Assembly (NCBI GenBank): GCA_965205605.1
Contig: CBDBHE010000007.1
Span: forward strand, 544,001-608,000
Direction: 5' to 3'
From: Spirochaetota bacterium
Lineage (GTDB): Bacteria; Spirochaetota; UBA12135; COTS27; CBDBHE01
Length of the DNA: 64,000 nt
Shown: in pieces, positions 1 through 10,200 of the stretch
How the letters are laid out: each line of letters opens with the position of its first letter
Position numbering within the stretch: position 1 is the first letter of the stretch
Made by a program: the position numbers and the translations under genes
Notes under the pieces: model-generated
Told to the model about the DNA's origin: nothing
The model's input: only the letters and a program-made list of their open reading frames with translations
The model's database searches: none

Positions 1-1782
1 AAAAAGAAACAAATATTACGTCTTCCTTCGCTTTTTTTTGCTAAAAAAGTTTTTCATCAAATGCCTTCTAAATCTTCTAAGAATATGACTCTAGAAATTT
101 TTTTAGAAATTTTTTTTCTATTTTGCCTTCTTTTCCTTTTAAGTGGTCCTAAGCTTGTTTCACAAAAACAACCCTTAAACAATCAAACATTACTTATTTT
201 TTTGGATAATTCTTTTTCAATGGGACATCAAACTCAACGTAATTTATTGTATGAAAAAAAAATAACGCCTTTTTTTAACGATTCTAGATGGAAAGAAATT
301 AAAGTCTTTGATATGAGCATGGTTTTAGATCAACATCAGCCCTTTCTACTGGCAACCAAACAATCTCTTTTGGCTTTTTTGCAAAAAGTAAAAAGAGAAT
401 ATCGTTCTTTTCAATTTAAGCACTTGGAGCAATATTTAAACCATGTCCTCTCCTTGCCAAAAGAAACCTACGTGCTTTACCTTATCAGTGATTTTAATAA
501 CAATCATTTCCAAACTCCTTTTTTTAATACTAAAAGTGTTTGGATAAGTAAAAATTCTTGGTCTCTTTCTTCTTCTTTTTTTGTCGAAAAAGACTTTAGT
601 TTTAAAAAAGTTTATTTTTTAGGAGAAAGCATTCCTTTAAATTTTAAGCTTTTATCGTCTTTATCTTTAAAAGGGTATACTTGTGAAATTAAAATTGATC
701 AAAAACGTCTTTATTTAGATGCATTTAAAAATAAAAAAAATCAATCGATTCAATTTTCATTTTTGCCTAAAAAAACCGGCTTGTTTCCAGTCGAACTTGT
801 TATTAAAAAAGAAAAAGAAATTTTTTATCGTTATTTTTCTTGTTTTTTAGTTGCTTCATCTGTTTTTTTAGGTTTACAAGGGTCTTTAGATTTACAACAA
901 GCGTTTAAAAAAGCTTTTTTATATGATTTTGAAAAAGGGTATATTCGTTTTGAAAGCCATGAAAAAAGTATCCATGTTTTTTTATCAGCGAATTTTAAAT
1001 CTTTAAAGAATTTAAATCTTTCTAAAAAATCAATTTTATTTTTATCTTCTAAAAAAGATGTTTTTTTTTGGAATGATTTTTTAAAGCAAAAAGGATTTCA
1101 AGATATTGTTTTTGAGGAAAAGGTTTATTTAGAAGAAAAAGATTTTATTTTAGCTCAAAGATCTCTTGGGGGAGTCTTAAAAGATGATTTTAAAAAAATA
1201 GGTTATTTTGATTTTTTAGATAAAAATTATGTATTTCGTTTAAAAAAACCGTTTAATCCTCAAATAATTTTACTGTTATTAGTGAACGATTTACCGGTTG
1301 CTTTTTTAAAAAAAAATACATTATTATTTCCTTTTGGACTTCGAAATCAAGAAGAGAGTTTGTCTTTTTTTGAAAATCCAGAAGGATTGATTCTTTTTTA
1401 TGAAGGTCTTTTTAGGTTGTTATCCAATCAAACGATGATGAGCGTTGACGGGAGAGGTTTTAATGATTTGGCTAATTTTCAAAAAGAAGGTCTTTTTTTA
1501 AATCATATGAAACCTGGACTTTATCAAAGCAAAGAGAAGGTTTTTATTTTAAACGTGCCTAGAGAAGAAGCTTTAGCAAGGCCTGTTGAAAAAAAAGAGG
1601 AATTTTTTAAAGCAATAAAGCTAATCGATGATGAAAGAGGGTGGTTAAAAGATGATAATCTTTTAACCTTTGGGTTTTTTTTTCGTTTGAAGGAGGTATT
1701 AAAAATAAGCCTTTTACTAAGTTTAGGTGGATTATTTTTAATGTTTTTACAAAGAAATAAATTTCAAAAGAAGAGAAAATAA
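1..1782 (+). CDS. BatA/vWA-like membrane protein, 5' end outside the window
   Basis: Frame is open from base 1 (KKKQILRLPSLFF, BatA-like), followed by a hydrophobic segment, a vWA MIDAS-like motif LIFLDNSFSM, and a C-terminal TM helix. Confidence 0.6.
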   Translation, partial: KKKQILRLPSLFFAKKVFHQMPSKSSKNMTLEIFLEIFFLFCLLFLLSGPKLVSQKQPLNNQTLLIFLDNSFSMGHQTQRNLLYEKKITPFFNDSRWKEIKVFDMSMVLDQHQPFLLATKQSLLAFLQKVKREYRSFQFKHLEQYLNHVLSLPKETYVLYLISDFNNNHFQTPFFNTKSVWISKNSWSLSSSFFVEKDFSFKKVYFLGESIPLNFKLLSSLSLKGYTCEIKIDQKRLYLDAFKNKKNQSIQFSFLPKKTGLFPVELVIKKEKEIFYRYFSCFLVASSVFLGLQGSLDLQQAFKKAFLYDFEKGYIRFESHEKSIHVFLSANFKSLKNLNLSKKSILFLSSKKDVFFWNDFLKQKGFQDIVFEEKVYLEEKDFILAQRSLGGVLKDDFKKIGYFDFLDKNYVFRLKKPFNPQIILLLLVNDLPVAFLKKNTLLFPFGLRNQEESLSFFENPEGLILFYEGLFRLLSNQTMMSVDGRGFNDLANFQKEGLFLNHMKPGLYQSKEKVFILNVPREEALARPVEKKEEFFKAIKLIDDERGWLKDDNLLTFGFFFRLKEVLKISLLLSLGGLFLMFLQRNKFQKKRK

Positions 1783-2288
1783 AATCATTATTTGCCGTCT
1801 CTTAATTTTTTAAGTTTTCTTTTTCGTCTAACTTTTTTTTTATTAAGCTTTGCTTTACTTTTTCTTCTTTTCAATTTAGCTTGGTCTCTTTAAAATTATT
1901 TTAATTTATTTTACTATGAATCTTTAAATAACTAGATATTTTTTTCTACTAATAAATAACTTTATTCTTTCTTTTTAAGAGTATATTTTGGATATTTTGA
2001 GTTAAAATTCTACTTTCCTTTATTCTTTTTTTATTTTTTTCCTATTTAGTTCCATTTTCTCAAATGCTTTCTTATAGATTAAATCAATTGTTTTGTCTCA
2101 AGCAAAATGGTTGGTTTTTTTTAAACCATAAGTTGCGTGCAGTTATTTTTTCTGTAATGCCTAAGTTGGTAAAGTTAATGTTGAGGGATTGTTCCTCATC
2201 ACCACGATTAATGAGTCTTATTGGGTTGCTAATTTCTATATATCGTTTTTGTTTATCGAGTATATAATCTAATTTTATAGTTCTATAC

Positions 2289-2662
2289 TTACAAATGAGA
2301 AATTTTAATTTTTTTTTCGTTCTGATAACTAACTGAAGTTGTTAAGACATCAAATTTTTTGATAAGTGAGAAACATAAAAAAATACTCCATCAATAGCAT
2401 CATTCTTTATGGTGACTTCTTTTTTTTTATTTTGTGATATTTGTTTTACATTCGATGACAATCATTAAATCAACGTCATCTGTAAAGAGAAAATAATAAA
2501 TTTAGGCCACTTACCTGTTTCTAATTTGGAGGTTTTCTTAGGCTATTTTTGAATGTGTAGGTTTGTAGATTGTTGTTCTTCAATAACGATTTTTTCGTTA
2601 TCATAATGTCTTAGACTTCTTAACTTATCTCTTACAATACTTTCTGTTATTTTCTCGTTCAT
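2289..2662 (-). pseudogene. Degraded N-terminus of a BcgI-like (Type IIB/IIG) restriction-modification enzyme
   Basis: Manual translation across stops and frameshifts: MNEKITESIVRDKL..IVIEEQQSTN..K*..WPKFII / DLMIVIECKTNITK* / DAIDGVFFYVSHLSKKFDVL..SVSYQNEKKIKISHL*. This matches the remembered BcgIA-type pattern NERITE..VR..EEQ.S..PEFII..IVIECK..AVDG..Y...LSK.FDV. Confidence 0.7.
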
Positions 2663-2782
2663 CGATAAATCTTTGGGTGAAATTATAAAAAACTAAAAAA
2701 ACAAAAAAGAATCGTTTTTAGTAAAAAAAAAGTATTTAGTTACCAATCTTTATTTTTTTTAAAGTGATTAAAAATATTCTAT

Positions 2783-2864
2783 TACGAGTGGAGAGACTCG
2801 AACTCTCAAACCTTGCGGCACTAGATCCTAAGTCTAGCGTGTCTACCAATTCCACCACACTCGC
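2783..2864 (-). tRNA. tRNA-Leu(UAG)
   Basis: GCGAGTG/CACTCGT acceptor stem, D-loop TGGTAGAC, anticodon arm CTAGA-CTTAGGA-TCTAG, long variable arm, GTTCGAGT T-loop; no encoded CCA. Confidence 0.95.
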
Positions 2865-2931
2865 TTTACATTTTTTATTAATCCTAGCATGTAAGTCTAT
2901 CAGTCTTTTTTTTTCTTTAAAGTTATTTTTT

Positions 2932-3747
2932 TTAAAAAAGGGTTTGTTTTTTTCGAATTTGATAGACTTCAAGGAGTTCTTTTAAAAGCAATTCCATTTT
3001 ATTTAAAGGATATTGAGTTTCTTGATCTGATTTTGCTTGGGAAGGAAATGGATGGGTTTCGATAAAGAGTCCATCGGCTCCTGCAGCTAATTGAGCTTTA
3101 GCTAGAGAAGGCAAAAACTCTCTCTGCCCACCTGAATGACTGCCTTTAGCAGCCGGCAATTGAAGAGAATGCGTGGCATCATACACATACGGTATGCCCA
3201 TATCTTTGATCACTTTAATAGAGCGAAAATCAACTACCAAGTTTCCATATCCAAAAAAACTTCCTCTTTCAGTGACGAGGAGTTCTTTTCCACCTGCTTC
3301 TAAAAACTTTTTACTTGCGTTTTCTATTTCATAAGGTGACATAAATTGTCCTTTTTTAATATTAAGGATTTTCTTTGTTTTAGCGGCTTCAATGTATAAA
3401 TCTGTTTGTCTTGCTAAAAAAGCAGGGATTTGGATCATATCTAAAACTTTCCCCGCCTCTTCAATCATCTCAGGTGTATGGATATCAGAAAGAATTGGTA
3501 CGTCATACTTTTCTTTTAAATTTTTAAGCATTAAAAGCCCTTCTTTTAGTGAAGGCCCACGATATCCTTTAATGGAAGACCGGTTTGCTTTATCAAAAGA
3601 AGCTTTAAAAATATAAGGAATGCCAAGTTTCAAAGTGATTTTTTTCATGGTTTCACAAACTTCATCGATAAGGGCTTTGCTTTCTATGACACAAGGCCCT
3701 GCAATGAGAAAAAAAGAAGATTGATTTAGAATATTTTTTAGCTTCAT
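2932..3747 (-). CDS. kdsA: 3-deoxy-8-phosphooctulonate (KDO8P) synthase
   Basis: Motifs IAGPCVIES, KASFDKANRSS, QIPAFLARQTD, KKGQF, DATHSLQ. Confidence 0.95.
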   Translation of the reverse strand: MKLKNILNQSSFFLIAGPCVIESKALIDEVCETMKKITLKLGIPYIFKASFDKANRSSIKGYRGPSLKEGLLMLKNLKEKYDVPILSDIHTPEMIEEAGKVLDMIQIPAFLARQTDLYIEAAKTKKILNIKKGQFMSPYEIENASKKFLEAGGKELLVTERGSFFGYGNLVVDFRSIKVIKDMGIPYVYDATHSLQLPAAKGSHSGGQREFLPSLAKAQLAAGADGLFIETHPFPSQAKSDQETQYPLNKMELLLKELLEVYQIRKKQTLF

Positions 3748-3748
3748 T

Positions 3749-4636
3749 TTAAATTTTTTTTTCTACAATAAAAGCAATTGAAAATAAACAACTATAAATA
3801 AAAAGACTTTTAGCTGTATTTTGTAAAACTTGATTTAAGGATTTTCCTTTTTGAGTGAAAAGCACTTTAATGCTAGGGATTAAAAATAACAGTGTTAGAA
3901 CAGGAAGAAAAAAAATTATTTTTTTATAAAGCAACCCCATAAAAGGAATAAAGAAACAAGCACTTAAAATACAAATTAAATATTCTACTTTTGTAAAAGT
4001 CTTTCCAAATCTTACCGCCAGTGTTTTTTTATTTGTTTTTTTATCCTCTTCTATGTCTCTTAAATTATTGACACTTAATATAGCTACTGAAAAAAGACCA
4101 GGGGGAATGCCAATTAGAAAAGATAAAAAAGAAATTTTTTGAACTAAAAGAAACACCGTTGTCCCTGTTAAAATAGGGCCAAAAAAAAGAAACGCAAAAA
4201 TGTCTCCGAGTCCTAGGTAAGCTAAAGGCATCGGTCCACTCGTATAACTATAAGCTAAAAAAATACTCACCCCTGTTAATCCTAAAATCCATTTTCCCCC
4301 TATCATTGAAAAATAAATCCCTAGTAAAGAAAAAAGAATTAATATCATGCTAATCCCTATTTTTATTTCTTTACCTGTTAATAGACCTGCTTGCATCATT
4401 CTTTTAGGGCCCAGTCTTTGCTCAGTATCCGTTCCTTTTTTAAAATCGTAATAGTCATTGATCAAATTAGTGGCTATTTGAATTAACAAAGCCCCAAGTA
4501 AAATCATAAAAGCATGGGCCCATGAAAACTCATTTGAAACACAAATACTAATTCCTATAAAGACAGGAGAAATACTCGCTAAAAGAGTTTTAGGTCTGCT
4601 TGCTAAAATCCATATTTTTAATTTACTTATTTTCAT
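3749..4636 (-). CDS. menA: 1,4-dihydroxy-2-naphthoate octaprenyltransferase
   Basis: WILASRPKTL, NLINDYYDFKKGTD, NNLRDIEED..NKKTLAVR; multiple TM helices. Confidence 0.93.
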   Translation of the reverse strand: MKISKLKIWILASRPKTLLASISPVFIGISICVSNEFSWAHAFMILLGALLIQIATNLINDYYDFKKGTDTEQRLGPKRMMQAGLLTGKEIKIGISMILILFSLLGIYFSMIGGKWILGLTGVSIFLAYSYTSGPMPLAYLGLGDIFAFLFFGPILTGTTVFLLVQKISFLSFLIGIPPGLFSVAILSVNNLRDIEEDKKTNKKTLAVRFGKTFTKVEYLICILSACFFIPFMGLLYKKIIFFLPVLTLLFLIPSIKVLFTQKGKSLNQVLQNTAKSLFIYSCLFSIAFIVEKKI

Positions 4637-5117
4637 TTTTTTCTTGATTTAGTTAATGATAAAAAACTGTTACAAGTTTACAATATTTTTTTTTTAAAAA
4701 ATACTTTAATTAATATCTTAACCTCAGCTTCAAAATTAACAAAGTGTAAAGCGTTCCCCACTATCCGCTAGCTGTTTGGAATTTGTAAAAGCTTGTGATA
4801 CCGTATTGTAACCAATATTGATTGTATTAAACAAAAACCTTATTAAGCAAGTTAGTGATTTTTTTTCCCCCAACAGGTAAACTGATAAGAAGAAATTTCA
4901 ATACTTCTAATAAACTAAGTTTTCTAGGATTTTTAGATATCTTACCTCGTATACTTACGCTTGTGTTTTGGTTTCTTCCAAGCTTGTTTGCTACCGAGTC
5001 ATTTTTAACTAAATCAAAAATTAAGGCAAGGTTAAAAACGGAAACACAGATTTATTTAAGCGAGCAGTCAGTTAATCCTATAAGTAAAGCCTCCACTCAG
5101 CAGGTAAATGTTTTATT

Positions 5118-5550
5118 TTAAAAGTCAGCTTTCTTTTTATTTAAAAATGCAACTAAACTTTCATTTAATTTGTTTTGGAATTTCAAAATTCCCGCATCAT
5201 TTAAGTGAAAATCAGAAACTTCTTTTAAATCAAATTGATACAGTTTTATTTTAGCCTTATTATCTTTGACTAAAATTTTAAACTTAAAACTACAAGAATC
5301 TTTTATTAAACCAACAGGATAAGAAGTTCTTCCATTTCCTACAATAATGCCTTGTTCTAAGTTTCTGAGCTCAATCACCGACTTACCTGACCTAAAAGCA
5401 TCATGAATCCATAATTCTATTTTTTGAAAAAATTTTTTTTTTGACAAAGGATGCTCTAATTAAAAAAGAAGTCCCCGTCACTAATTTTCTTGATGAAATA
5501 CATCCTATAAATAAACTTATGACTAAAAATGTAAAAATTATTTTTTTCAT
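5118..5550 (-). pseudogene. Frameshifted small lipoprotein, DUF4468-like
   Basis: ATG at 5550 gives signal peptide MKKIIFTFLVISLFIG-C (lipobox) but is out of frame with the 5118-5447 body (WIHDAFRSGKSVIELRNLEQGIIVGNG). The shift lies in or near homopolymer runs at 5433-5467. Confidence 0.55.
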
Positions 5551-5651
5551 AATGATTCTAATTAATTTGATGAAATAATAATATCGTTATCTAAAATAAA
5601 AATAAAAAGATCTTTTTTTTAAAAAAAATTCTTATTGGTTTTAAAATACAA

Positions 5652-7106
5652 ATGTTAAATAGAAATCGTTGGTTTTATGATTTGAAATTTTTTTTGATTT
5701 TACCATTTTTTTTAAAAGCACTTTTTAGTTTTGAAGAAAGAACGTTTGAAAAAGCTTATGAGCACTATTTAGAAACCAAAGATAAGGTCTTGATTTTAAA
5801 TCAATTTTTAAAAGGTGAAGAAAAAACGGTTTTAAAGGAAAAAATAAATTGGCTTTTTGAACAAAAAGCTTCTTTATCATTACTTAAAGAGATTGCTCAA
5901 AAGCTTAAAAATCAAGGACGCTATGATTTTGTTTATTTGACTTTTTTTGATGAAAGACTTCATTTAAAACAAGTTCTTTTTTGGAAAGATCTTTATTGGG
6001 ATTTGCTTAAGCTTCAAAATGAAAATATGGTTTTAATCGAAGACTTATTTTTTTTTCTTTCAAAGCCATCTTTAAGTGAAGAGATGATGGTGCAGCTTCT
6101 TTATTATTTTCAAATTTTAGCTAAAAAATCGCCTTTTTTTTTAGAAAAACAAATTAAGCAAAATTCACTTGTTTCAGAAAATAAAAAATTAAGTTTTTTA
6201 ATTTTGAATGCTTTTTATGCTCAGCACTTGCAAGCATTATCTTCAAATCTTTTAGCCTTTAATTTTAAAAAGATTGAATCTAAAAGAGAGTTTTTAGAAA
6301 ATTTAATTGTTGATTTTAAACCCGTGTTTTTAGAAGCTTTTTATTTTCATGCTCACTATAAAACTTTTTTAAAATTTTTAAATCTTTGGGAACTTAATGA
6401 AGGCACTGCTTTTCTTCAAATGCGTGAAAAAGCAGCTTTAATTGTAAAAGATTTTTCTGGTATTAATCAAACGACGATTCTCAATGAAAGAACTTTTAAA
6501 TTTCTTTTTTATAGCAATCAATATAAAAAAATCACGACTCATTTTAAAATTTATCAATCGCATCCTTATTATTTTATTTCTTTATTAAAAACTTCAAAAA
6601 AAAAAGCAATGGGTATTTTTGATAAACGACCTTTGGCAATATGGCTTAGGGCTATTTTTAAAGAAGAGGTGGGTGTTTTAGAAAAATTTTATTTACAAAC
6701 TTCTCCCTTTCATTTAACAAGTCAACAAATAGCGTTTCAAAACATTTTTGAAAATTTAATGGTCAATAAAAAAAAACTTTTTTTATTTTATAAACAAATT
6801 CTCTCGCATAATAAAACCATAGAATCTTTTTTCTATCAACATCAAAAAAACACGTCTTCTTTTTTACTTGATTTTGTGATCATTTCTATTTTGAAAATGC
6901 GTTATGAAGAAGGGAATAGAGAAGCTTTAATTCAATTTTATTTAGACAATCACCAAAAGATTAAAAGTTTTTTCATTCAAGAACAAGCTAAATGGTATTA
7001 TTCAAAAGCGAGTTTAAAGCAAGAACAAGCAAAAGAAATTTTATTTTCAAATCCTAAAACGCCGCTTCGTTTTGAAATTAATCAACAAAAAAAGCAACTT
7101 TTTTAG
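5652..7106 (+). CDS. Hypothetical protein, helical, possibly exported
   Basis: 484-aa ORF with an N-terminal hydrophobic stretch; no recognisable motif. Confidence 0.6.
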   Translation: MLNRNRWFYDLKFFLILPFFLKALFSFEERTFEKAYEHYLETKDKVLILNQFLKGEEKTVLKEKINWLFEQKASLSLLKEIAQKLKNQGRYDFVYLTFFDERLHLKQVLFWKDLYWDLLKLQNENMVLIEDLFFFLSKPSLSEEMMVQLLYYFQILAKKSPFFLEKQIKQNSLVSENKKLSFLILNAFYAQHLQALSSNLLAFNFKKIESKREFLENLIVDFKPVFLEAFYFHAHYKTFLKFLNLWELNEGTAFLQMREKAALIVKDFSGINQTTILNERTFKFLFYSNQYKKITTHFKIYQSHPYYFISLLKTSKKKAMGIFDKRPLAIWLRAIFKEEVGVLEKFYLQTSPFHLTSQQIAFQNIFENLMVNKKKLFLFYKQILSHNKTIESFFYQHQKNTSSFLLDFVIISILKMRYEEGNREALIQFYLDNHQKIKSFFIQEQAKWYYSKASLKQEQAKEILFSNPKTPLRFEINQQKKQLF

Positions 7107-7111
7107 GCTTT

Positions 7112-7768
7112 CTAAATTTGATCCATAATACTTAAATAATGACTTTTACTAACAATATAATGATCTAAAAGTCTTAAATTAAAATAACGACAACGTTCTA
7201 AAATTTGCTTTGTAAAATTAATATCTTCAGAGCTTACTTTAAGGATATTTTCAATGTGATTGTGAATGAGGACAATATTTGATGAATACCCATTTAAGAT
7301 GGTTTTCATTAATTCTTTTAAATAAATATGGATTTCATTATCAGTCCCTCTAGAAAATTCGATTAAGCCTTTGAGGTGATTAGAATTACTTAAAAAAAGG
7401 ATATACAAAATTTCTTGATGGGAAGAAAAGAGTTTGGGTCTGATAAAATTGACAATTTTTTTAGGAGTATTGAGTAGGATGTTGCCTTTCTTAAAGGAAT
7501 CCTGTATTCGTCTTGAAATTTCTAAAGCAGCCATAATTTTAGCCGCTTGTTTTTTATGAATTTTATTATTTTGGCAAAGTTCTCTAAGGGAAGCTTCTCT
7601 TAGATTTTCATAAGATCCGTAATGTTTAATAATTTTTCGACCGATGTCAATATTATCTTCGCTCCCCATAATAATAGAAATGAGCTCGGCATTGGGAATG
7701 GATTTTAATTGACCATTATAAATTTTTTCTAGAGGTCTTTCATCAATGGGTAAGTTGTATGTTTTCAT
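7112..7768 (-). CDS. radC: RadC/JAB-domain (UPF0758) protein
   Basis: LP..ERP.EK, S.AEL, A.LEI.RR, and JAMM-like E..HNH..S.ED..LLDH motifs. Confidence 0.85.
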   Translation of the reverse strand: MKTYNLPIDERPLEKIYNGQLKSIPNAELISIIMGSEDNIDIGRKIIKHYGSYENLREASLRELCQNNKIHKKQAAKIMAALEISRRIQDSFKKGNILLNTPKKIVNFIRPKLFSSHQEILYILFLSNSNHLKGLIEFSRGTDNEIHIYLKELMKTILNGYSSNIVLIHNHIENILKVSSEDINFTKQILERCRYFNLRLLDHYIVSKSHYLSIMDQI

Positions 7769-7910
7769 TGTTTAAAGTTTTCCTTTTCAATAAGTATATA
7801 TATAGGAAAAAAAATGAAGTTTAACTGATTTTTTATTTTTTTTTTCAATAAAATTTTGATTTGGGGAGTAAATAGTATTTAAAGATAAAAGGAGTAATAT
7901 ATAAAGGTCT

Positions 7911-8369
7911 ATGTTTGAACAAAAAAAGAAAAAAGAAAGCCTTTTTAAAGTAGTAGGTACTTTGATAAGAAAGTTTAGAAAACTTAAAGGGTTGTCTCAA
8001 AAAGAGTTATCAAAGCGGACAGTTAATAAAATTAAACCAAGTTACATTGGTAGGATTGAAAGAGGACAGCAAAATCCATCTATTGAAACCATTGATCAAA
8101 TTTTTGTAGCATTAGATATTGATTTAGCTAATTTTTTAAAATGTGTTTTCTTTGCTGAAAAGAAAGAAGAGTGTCATTTAATATTAGAAAAAAAATCACA
8201 AATTATTAAAAATATTAAATCTTTTGGGGATTATAAAATGAATTTCTTTTTTGGTTTTTATAATTTTTTCAGTGTTTTTTTTAAAGGCATCGAAGAAAAA
8301 ATGGAACAAAATATGGGTTTTGCTAAGGTTGCTAGTGGAGTCGCAAAACTTAAAAAAGACAAAGAGTAG
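7911..8369 (+). CDS. XRE-family HTH transcriptional regulator
   Basis: IRKFRKLKGLSQKELS..YIGRIERGQQNPSIETI; AAGGAG upstream. Confidence 0.85.
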   Translation: MFEQKKKKESLFKVVGTLIRKFRKLKGLSQKELSKRTVNKIKPSYIGRIERGQQNPSIETIDQIFVALDIDLANFLKCVFFAEKKEECHLILEKKSQIIKNIKSFGDYKMNFFFGFYNFFSVFFKGIEEKMEQNMGFAKVASGVAKLKKDKE

Positions 8370-8405
8370 CTTTTTTTAAGAAATATGTTAGATTTTTATT
8401 TTTAA

Positions 8406-10127
8406 ATGTCATTAAAGAAATCTCATTTTAATCACCATCGGAGGTATTCAAAAGAAATTGTTGATGGATTTGAGCGTGCGGCGAGTCGAGGAATGTTGTA
8501 TGCAGTCGGTTTTAAGAAAGATGATTTTAAAAAAAATCAAATAGGGATTGCTTCTACTTGGAGTCAAGTGACGCCTTGTAATATTCACCTTGATGTGTTA
8601 GCAAAAGCGTCTGCAAAAGAAGTTGAAAAGCAAGGAGGTAAATCGCTTATTTTTAATACGATTACGATTTCTGATGGGATTTCAATGGGAACAGAAGGCA
8701 TGAAGTATTCACTTGTTTCTAGAGAAGTAATAGCCGACTCGATAGAAACGGTTGTGAGCTGTCAAGGCTTTGATGGAGTTGTTACTATTGGAGGTTGTGA
8801 TAAGAATATGCCAGGATCTCTAATGGCACTGGCAAGGCTTAATCGTCCTTCTATTTTTGTGTATGGCGGAACGATTTTACCTGCTTGTAAGAAAATTAAG
8901 GGTAAGAAAGTAAAAATGGATATAGTGTCTATTTTTGAAGCGATTGGGGCTTATACAAAAAAAACGATCACAAGAAAAGAGCTTGAAGACATTACGGCTT
9001 GCGCGATTCCAGGGGCGGGATCTTGCGGAGGAATGTATACGGCTAATACCATGGCAAGTGCCATTGAAGTGATGGGGATGAGTCTTTTAGGTAGTTCTTC
9101 GATGACAGCTGTTTCAAAAGATAAAAAAAAAGAAGCTAGAAGGGCGGGAGAGAAAGTCCTTGATTTAATTAAAAAAAATATTACCCCAAAAGATATTATG
9201 ACTAAAAAAGCGTTTGAAAATGCGATTGTTTTGATTTGTGCTTTAGGGGGCTCAACCAATGCGGTGCTTCATTTGCTTGCGATGGCTCATGCGATGGGAG
9301 TGAGCCTTAACATTGATGATTTTACTAGAATCGGAAAAAAAGTGCCTGTTTTAGCGGACCTTCGTCCTAGTGGCAAGTACTTGATGAGTGAGTTTATTGA
9401 AATAGGGGGGGTTGCTCCTTTAGTGAAAAGACTAATTGAAAAAAAATTGATTGATGGAGATACCTTAACAGTTGAAGGGATGACTTTAGCACAATCGTTA
9501 AAAAAAATCCCTGATTATGTTTCCTCTCAAAATATGGTTCGCTCTTTTGACGATCCGATTAAAAAAAATAGTCATTTGGTTATTTTGTATGGCAATTTGG
9601 CCCCTAAGGGAGCGGTTGCTAAAATTTCTGGAAAAGAAGGAGAAGTGTTTTCTGGAAAAGCAAATGTTTTTAATTCTGAAAAAGAAGCTTTAAAAGCAAT
9701 TTTGGCAGGAAAAGTCAAAGAAGGAGAGGTCGTTGTGATTCGTTATGAAGGCCCTAAAGGAGGCCCTGGTATGCGAGAAATGCTTTCTCCGACTTCAGCA
9801 ATTATGGGTAGGGGTTTGGGTAAAAAAGTCGCTCTCATTACCGATGGTCGTTTTTCAGGAGGTAGTCATGGTTTTGTTATTGGTCACATTAGCCCTGAAG
9901 CGTATGAAGGGGGGCCTTTGGCAGTTGTAAAAAATGGAGATCCCATTACTATTGATGCCAAAAAACGAATTCTTTCTTTAAATATCGAACCAAAAATCAT
10001 TGAAAAACGACTTTCTACTTTTAAAACCCCTTCTACCAAATATCAAAAAGGAGTTCTTGCTAAATACCGCCACCATGTTACTTCCGCTAGTCAAGGAGCG
10101 GTAACTGATTTTTTTAAACAAAATTAG
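8406..10127 (+). CDS. ilvD: Dihydroxy-acid dehydratase
   Basis: PCNIHL, TISDGISMGTEGMKYSLVSRE, GGCDKNMPG, GPKGGPGMREML, TDGRFSGGS. Confidence 0.97.
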   Translation: MSLKKSHFNHHRRYSKEIVDGFERAASRGMLYAVGFKKDDFKKNQIGIASTWSQVTPCNIHLDVLAKASAKEVEKQGGKSLIFNTITISDGISMGTEGMKYSLVSREVIADSIETVVSCQGFDGVVTIGGCDKNMPGSLMALARLNRPSIFVYGGTILPACKKIKGKKVKMDIVSIFEAIGAYTKKTITRKELEDITACAIPGAGSCGGMYTANTMASAIEVMGMSLLGSSSMTAVSKDKKKEARRAGEKVLDLIKKNITPKDIMTKKAFENAIVLICALGGSTNAVLHLLAMAHAMGVSLNIDDFTRIGKKVPVLADLRPSGKYLMSEFIEIGGVAPLVKRLIEKKLIDGDTLTVEGMTLAQSLKKIPDYVSSQNMVRSFDDPIKKNSHLVILYGNLAPKGAVAKISGKEGEVFSGKANVFNSEKEALKAILAGKVKEGEVVVIRYEGPKGGPGMREMLSPTSAIMGRGLGKKVALITDGRFSGGSHGFVIGHISPEAYEGGPLAVVKNGDPITIDAKKRILSLNIEPKIIEKRLSTFKTPSTKYQKGVLAKYRHHVTSASQGAVTDFFKQN

Positions 10128-10200
10128 TTTTTTTTTGTAAACTTAAAAGAAATCACCTATAATTTCTAATAAACTTTATTTATATTTTGTTAAAAAAACT

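Noticed and set aside
2736-2985. ORFs 2736-2972(-) and 2764-2985(+)
   Set aside because: Both overlap tRNA-Leu; they are shadow ORFs.
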